Source: the human T2T-CHM13v2.0 reference genome, Homo sapiens
Reading direction: 5' to 3' (one strand)
Assembly: GCF_009914755.1 (NCBI RefSeq)
Contig: NC_060929.1
DNA length: 64,000 bases
Below the pieces are notes generated by a model. It made no database searches. It was not told the origin of the DNA and saw nothing but the letters and a program-made list of their open reading frames with translations. This document shows positions 56,134-64,000 of this stretch, piece by piece. A program made the translations under genes and the position numbers. How positions within the stretch are numbered: the first letter of the stretch is position 1; every line of letters begins with the position of its first letter.

Positions 56134-57265
56134 ACTTCACTTCTTAAATAAAAGTAAGGAATTATGTAACATGGTGATAATTATTACATTATATTTAAGT
56201 GAAAACAATAATATACTTATCTAAAATTGAAGACATGTTTTACTTAAAAATTACTTACATAGCATGCATAAATGATGAAATGATTTTTTAAATTCATAAT
56301 GGATCTCTCCAAATAATATCTTACAAAGTAAAGAGTTTAGGAATATAAAAATATTGGAAAGTGCTGATCAAGTTCAAGTCCCTTACTTTGCTGATATAAA
56401 AAGATGTTGAATGGGTGCTTTGGTTAGATAAACAAAGATAGCAGCAGAGGCAAGATTAGTACCAATCTGGTATTTTTTTACACTTCCGTGTTTCTGTCCT
56501 TATGTTCACTAAGGGAAAACAAAGCGAAACTATGTGACCAATCCTCAGTAGTTCAGCTGGAAACAAATGGCTAAGATGGAATAACTCTCAAATTCCAACC
56601 TACCTATCTTGAGTCCTATTCCTCCTGTGTCTGCTTCTGCTGGAAGACAGGTAGCACTACAGCAATTGAATATATCCCCAAACCCATATCTGCACGGCTT
56701 GTGTAAGTTACTGTCTGTTTAGAAAGGCCTACAAAGAGTGATTCAGACACTACATAGTTGGAAGTTAGAATTCTTATCTGTCTCTAGAGGCTTCCCAAAC
56801 CCTCCCAACTACACTGTATAGGGAGTTCTCTGCTCCTGTTATACTGGAATATGGCTCTGAAATGAACCTCTGGTATGACCTAAACTGGCAACGATACACT
56901 GTGATGTTGACCAGTTGGCGATGTAGAGAAAATCCCTGCCTCTTTTTTGACTACTGACTCTGGCCCCTGGCTCCCTCATTGCTGTCCCCATTCTCACACA
57001 GGGTCATTGCTCTGGCACAAGACCCCCAGATTTCCACTACCCAGTACTCAACTTTACAACTTTAGAGAGACCACAGATTTGTGAGACTACAACTCTCCAA
57101 TGTCAGAGTACAACTTTGAAAAGTTTACCAAGGGCTTTATGCTATCTAGCCCAACAACAAAACAAAGCTCAGACAACTCCTATTTCTGGATATGGGGGCC
57201 CCAAACAACCTGCAAAAAGAAAGATGAGGGATTGAGGTCAGTTCCGTTATCCTGGGCTTTCTCAC

Positions 57266-57405
57266 CTTATTATTTGTTTTTTCTTTAGTCTTGCAAGATT
57301 CCAGTGCCTTGTGTCCAAATGTTTTTCTTACTTTTGCACAACTTCGAGCTTGAGGTAGCTGCAAAATAGCAGGTCTAATAACATGTTTAGAATGTTTCAC
57401 AGGAC
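57266..57405 (-). CDS. RANBP3L: RANBP3L exon (GPVKHSKHVIRPAILQLPQARSCAKVRKTFGHKALESCKTKEKTNNK)
   Basis: taag|GT acceptor, AAG|gtgag donor, 140 nt; IRPAILQLP echoes the RanBP3 LRPAVLQAP motif. Confidence 0.94.
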
Positions 57406-57755
57406 CTTAAAAGAATAGAATTAAAGGATAAATATATGTTTACTGAAATATTCCTTTACTCCCTATTTTTAATTAATATAATTCTTATTTTCTAAAGTCA
57501 TGTTTAAATGAGGGACTAGCGTTAATTAATCCAAGTCAAAATAACCATTGAGTTCCCCAACATTCACACCCTGCCTAGCTTTTGCCCAATAACTATTCAT
57601 TTTGATCATGAAACCTGGCTTACTTGCATTATTTCTTCATGTTTTGTCACTCTGACCTACCTCCATGCCCCCAACACACGCACACATATAGGGAGATGAA
57701 AATATAGGTGGTAAAATATACAATTTCTGAGGTTCTTGAAATAGAAGCTACATAC

Positions 57756-57827
57756 CTTGTTCAGCACTCTTTATATCAACACTACTTTGCACAAGAGCTG
57801 ATGTCATAAAAACATTGTTTTTCCTCA
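57756..57827 (-). CDS. RANBP3L: RANBP3L exon (VRKNNVFMTSALVQSSVDIKSAEQ)
   Basis: cag|TG acceptor, G|gtatg donor, 72 nt; KNNVFM motif shared with RanBP3. Confidence 0.93.
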
Positions 57828-57916
57828 CTGTAAGAAAAAATATTTAAATTTTTTTAAATACAGAAGAGTGTCAGATTCTACACTATTTGGGGCTTAACAA
57901 TCCCATTCCGAACTCA

Positions 57917-57970
57917 CCAGCAGATGTCGCAATTGGCACTAACAGAGTAGTAGGTAGTGCCCTCTGGAGC
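57917..57970. promoter_or_regulatory. Pair of CTCF-like motifs
   Basis: CCAGCAGATGTCGC (+, 57917-57930) and GCTCCAGAGGGCAC (-, 57957-57970) compared with consensus CCASYAGRKGGCRS. Confidence 0.5.
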
Positions 57971-57997
57971 ACTGGCTCTGCGAAAAATGGGATTGCC

Positions 57998-58328
<331 letters not shown>

Positions 58329-59010
58329 CTACATAGTTCTGTTTACTTTCAGATATCTAAGTGAAAATTAGGTGACTAGCAGAAAAGGCAGTCTTTTTTT
58401 TGAATCTTTAAATAGTGCACTGTCAGAAATTCTACAGACTACAAAATCTGAATTGGTAATGAACCCTCCGGCATTAATATATAGCTCTTATAGAATATTA
58501 TAAAACTGTTAGCAAAGTCTGCCCACACTCCCTGACTTTTTAATGAGTATACCTGAAGAAAGAAGTAAAGATGACAAATCTGCTAAGTTATTTTTCTACA
58601 AACATGTTGGTGGGATAAGACTGTGGTGGTGGCTCCGAGTATAGAATTTCTATACATTTCAAAGGGATCTCCTCTTGATTGCAAATTGCAGAAACAGCAA
58701 CCTTTGGCATTTAATGAAAATGAGAAAAGAATAATTGCTTCTTCAAAGTATTCTTTAAGGTGTTATAAATGTTGGGGTAGAATCCCTTCTCTACTTCAGA
58801 GTTCAATTTAATGTTTTTTATGATCTTTATTATTGAACATCAACAAAAAAAGAGCCATATTTTTCTCCTGCTGAACACCACTAACATTCTGCACAACATA
58901 AAACAGAATGATAATCTTTCTTTTTGTGTGAGTGTCCAGTAAAAAATGAATTAAAGCACGTGCATAGATAACTTAAAGTCGTTCCTTTGTTTTATGTATA
59001 AATACAATAA

Positions 59011-59361
<351 letters not shown>

Positions 59362-59531
59362 AGGATCTCTGTTTCTCTTAATGTCTGAGCTTGTCAGTCA
59401 GGTTAGAAGGACTAGAGACACTAAAAAGTGTCTCTTCTGCATCTGAAAGTTACTTGATATACTGTTGCTCAGTCATGCCTGCAATTATTAATAAGAATAC
59501 AGATTTATTCATTGAAAAACTCTGTTGTTCA

Positions 59532-59871
<340 letters not shown>

Positions 59872-60497
59872 TCAATTCAAATGAAGTGAGTAGTTTGTAA
59901 TTTTTCTTTCTTAGTGGCAAACTTAACTTGGAAAAGGCAATTGATTGTTTAGTAGAAATAAAAACATGAGAATAGAGATCATTTTAATGTGGAGAAAATG
60001 CCAACCATTTCAAATATTTTATTATGATAAAACAGTTTTACTAAGAAAAACATTATAAATTTCAAGTAAAGAGGAGTAATGTTTTAATTAGTGGAAATTT
60101 TAATGGATTTCTATGCTAAGCTTAAAATATGAATCTAAAGCATAATTGCATGTTTTAAATGCTATTACATTATAAACTATGTAGATGGACAATAGTAAGT
60201 AAAATAATGCAAATTGTTTTTACTTTTATAGGGCTGCCTTAAATAAAATAATACTGTTATAAATGTGAAATCCTAAAAAAACATGAAGTTCAAACTTTCT
60301 ACCAAAGGTAAAAACATATACTCAGAATTTGTGAAGTTAGAATTCATAAGGTATTCTTCGATGCATACTTTGCTAAGGCCTCTGTTTATTTCTAAAGTGT
60401 CAGCATTTTATGATCGCTAAGAAAGAAAAGTCATCATTAATAAGAATGATTTTGAAAAGTCAGTGTCAGGCTTGAGGTTCTAGAAACTCTTTATTAC

Positions 60498-60572
60498 CTG
60501 GCCCAGAATGGGGGAAGGTTGGGAGGTTAGTGACGGATGAACATCTCATTTGCTTCTGAGACAAGGTTGACA
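60498..60572 (-). CDS. RANBP3L: RANBP3L 75-nt cassette exon (VSTLSQKQMRCSSVTNLPTFPHSGP)
   Basis: ttag|TG acceptor, CAG|gtaat donor, symmetric phase 1-1, open in frame. Confidence 0.8.
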
Positions 60573-60990
60573 CTAAAAGCAGATTGCAAACTAAAGTCAG
60601 TAAGAAAGTGGGTTTTTTGTTTTGTTTTCATTTGGAGTTTTGCTGTTTTGGAAAAATTTCTGTATCACTAATTTAGAAAAATCTTTTTATTTCTATTAAT
60701 AAAAATGAGTACATCTGATGAAGATGATAAATTAATTTCCATTCAATTCCATTCAACAGTAAATATTTATTTTGTGGTCACCATATGTAAGACACTATCA
60801 ACCATGAAGATGACCTTGAGGAACTCACAGTGGAGGAAAAATATATACATAGATGCTGTATTACAAGGTGGAAGGCATAGAGCTCATTATAAAAGGAATC
60901 CCTGGAGTGCTTTCAGCATAGAAGACAAGCAAACTAAGTTACTGGTTTACTCAGAATACAGTGTATGATAAAATTATTTTCAAGGGGTAG

Positions 60991-61356
<366 letters not shown>

Positions 61357-61694
61357 TAATACAAGCTCAATGCAGAAACTTTGGAAACATAGCAAAATAC
61401 AGAGGCATGGGGTACAGGGAGAAGACCAAATCACTTGCAACTCCTCTACTTAAGATAACCACTGCTATCATTGTGGCTTATGTCCTTTTGGTATTTTTTC
61501 CAATGCTGATAAATGGAATGTTTAAATACTGACTAACTGTACCATTGTATAGCTTGTTGTTTTCACGTAACAATATATTATAAACACTATTCAGCTGGCA
61601 AGCTTTTAACATTACCCTTTTGAAAAGTTTCTCAGTAATTTTGCATTCAGAATAAACATAACAGTGAATAGTCAACAGTCAAGGCTATACATAC

Positions 61695-61772
61695 CTCCCT
61701 GGGACTGAGAATCTGTAATATGAAAAGTAAAAGATGAAGACCGTACACGCTTTCTTGGAAAACCATTACATT
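61695..61772 (-). CDS. RANBP3L: RANBP3L exon (ECNGFPRKRVRSSSFTFHITDSQSQG)
   Basis: cag|AA acceptor, G|gtatg donor, 78 nt; basic NLS-like cluster. Confidence 0.93.
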
Positions 61773-62255
61773 CTGCAAGAAAAGCAATGGAAAGGCTAAA
61801 ATTACTTGTGATAATAAATTATCCTCAACTCATGATAGGGTAGGATAAACAGAATTTTCTTTTGTCTACACAGACCATCATTTGATAGCACATTTTAAAT
61901 ATTGGGGTTAATAGTTTGCTGATTGATTATAAACCTATAGGCATATCATACTAGTATGAAACAATTAGAAATGAGTGGTGTCAGCAATAATTTGTATATG
62001 CATTCTGAGGTCTACAGAGAATGCTTTTGATAGGCTAAGGGGCAGGGAGTGGAGCACAATGAATTTTAGTCACTAACATCAGTGTTCTCAGGGACCTATA
62101 TGTCATCTTTCAAAACAAAAGTGAATCTACTGGCATATTTAAAAAAAGAAAAAACATTAACTTTCACATAGTCTGTGCCACATGCCAAAATACTTGTGTC
62201 TGCTAATTTTGTTTGTATAAAGATTGATTTTGGAATACAGGATGAAAATCATTAC

Positions 62256-62295
62256 CTGGTTCTGCTGCTTCATACAGGGTGTCTTCTGCAGGTCT
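62256..62295 (-). CDS. RANBP3L: RANBP3L exon 3 (RPAEDTLYEAAEP)
   Basis: cag|AGA acceptor, CAG|gtaat donor, 40 nt, phase 0-1. Confidence 0.92.
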
Positions 62296-62343
62296 CTGAA
62301 AGGAAACAAAACCACTGAGGAGAGCTGAGTATTTGCCTTTGTA

Positions 62344-62423
62344 TTATGTTGGTGCAAAAGTTATTGCAGTTTTGGCAATTAAAAGTAATGGCAAAAATTG
62401 CAATTACTTTTGCACCAACCTAG
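62344..62423. mobile_element. Made1 (Hsmar1-derived) 80-bp MITE
   Basis: ttatgttggtgcaaaagttattgc...gcaattacttttgcaccaacctag, a palindromic 80-mer flanked by TA on both sides. Confidence 0.95.
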
Positions 62424-62796
62424 TACATCAGATTTCCACCCTGCCACTTTACAGAATTCTCAGAAGCCAGGGCTAATAAGCCCGGCCAGGACAAAGCAGT
62501 TCACCTTCCTTTGTTCAGCACATAGTCAAGAAAAAACAACGTCTAGTCCAGTGGTTTTATAGTTCAATGGCTGCAGATTCGCTTGTGGAAGTTAGTTTAA
62601 AATGTGGATTTTGAGGCACCTATTCTCAAGATTCTGAAGTGGTTGTTCTGGGATGGGGTCCAGGAATCTGCTTTTTTAACAAGGGCTTGGAGGTTGAGTG
62701 TTTCTTTTGTTTAGTGTTTTTGTGGGTAGTAGGTTAAATTACCTGCATGGGTAAGAATGAATACCAAGAAATAAGGTAAAATGAGAATCTAGTGGA

Positions 62797-63101
62797 GTTT
62801 TTTGTTTGTTTAGAGATGAGGTCTTTTTCTGTCACCCAGGCTGCAGTACCAGCAGTGCAATCATAGCTCACTGCAACCTCTAACACCTAGGCTCAAGCAA
62901 TCCTCTTGTCTCAGGCTCCCAAGTAGCTGGGACTGACTACAGGCACATGCCACCATGCCTGACTAATTTCTTTTTATTTTTTTGTAGAGATGGGGTCTTG
63001 CTTTATTGATCAGGCTGGCCTCGAACCCCAGGCTTCAAACAGTCCTCCCACCGTGGCCTCGAAACATGCGGGGATTGCAGGCACAAGCCATCATGCCCAG
63101 C
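62797..63101 (-). mobile_element. AluJ element
   Basis: Diverged antisense Alu (caatcatagctcactgcaacc). Confidence 0.87.
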
Positions 63102-63557
63102 AACTAATCTTACTGTTGGTCTTTCAAAACGAATGATTTTATTATGATGCCAAAAAAAGCAGACAGAGTTCAGAAGATCCCTTTTAAATCAAATATTGTA
63201 ATTTAGAATGTGTTTTTTTACCGAGTTTTAGGCTAGGTCAGTGGTGAGGACTCATATGAGGAGCTATAGTCCTCCTAATCTCTTTCAGCTCCTCCCCTTT
63301 TCAAGTTACTCCAAATAAAGATATTACCATAGCGAAACAGTATGTTATCCATAGCTGCAAGACAAGGCCTCTGGCTTCCCATTCCAGCCAAACTGAAGTT
63401 TGTAAATCCTGACTATATAAATAATCTGGAGGCACTACTCTGCTAGTAAAGAACAGGATAAACCTATGCAGCCGTGATATCTTTCAGGATAACTAGCTTC
63501 CTGAAATATAATTGTCTTTGTCAAAGTAAAATTGAACAAAGAAGTAGTCAATCTTAC

Positions 63558-63616
63558 CTTAAAAGTTTGTTCTCCCTTTTCAAAAACAAATATGGGTTGA
63601 GCAATGACAGATTTTT
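63558..63616 (-). CDS. RANBP3L: RANBP3L exon 2 (EKSVIAQPIFVFEKGEQTFK)
   Basis: cag|AA acceptor, AAG|gtaag donor, 59 nt; resembles the RanBP3 EKPAIAPPVFVFQK motif; exon 1 lies outside the window. Confidence 0.94.
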
Positions 63617-64000
63617 CTGTGAAAAAAAAGAAAACAGGCAAGAAATCAAAGCATACTCTGACATTTCTTACATCATCTAAAAATATTTGAAGACTTTTTT
63701 TTTGTTTTTTGTTTTCTCTGCATTTGGGTAAAAGCCAAGCTATTTTACATGAATACTATCAATTGCACATTTATAAATAATTTAACAGTTAATTACAGAA
63801 ATAAATACTTGGGGGAAATGATAGCAGTATGTTTCCATAAATAGATAATCCCATTAAAAGAACATGCTTTAAGTGTTTAAGGAAAACAAAATATAATTAT
63901 GTACCTTTAGAATCTCATCAGAGCATAGCGATTAACACCATTGCTTTAAGAATAAAAAGTTTCAATGAGTGAAAAATCTAATCTAGGAGTAGTACTTCCA

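Overview
Primate, almost certainly human, genomic DNA: AT-rich, Alu/L1/L2/MIR/LTR-rich, with a near-consensus AluYg6-type insertion. It carries two tandem intron-containing genes on the minus strand. NADK2 (mitochondrial NAD kinase) has a CpG-island promoter at about 33.3-34.9 kb, coding exons 1-7 and a 66-nt cassette exon; its 3' exons lie left of the window. RANBP3L (RAN-binding protein 3-like) is present from exon 2 to the stop codon, plus a 75-nt cassette exon; exon 1 lies right of the window. Exon boundaries were placed by GT/AG sites and reading-frame continuity. Most of the supplied ORFs are repeat- or GC-derived artefacts, and repeat family names and edges are by eye. I found no convincing new multi-gene system. 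The features most worth checking are a perfect 33-bp-arm hairpin inside an old L2-like element, an internally deleted MER11 LTR with intact ends inside an Alu, a 129-bp near-identical intronic duplication, a Made1 hairpin beside a splice acceptor, and several splicing-regulatory arrangements.
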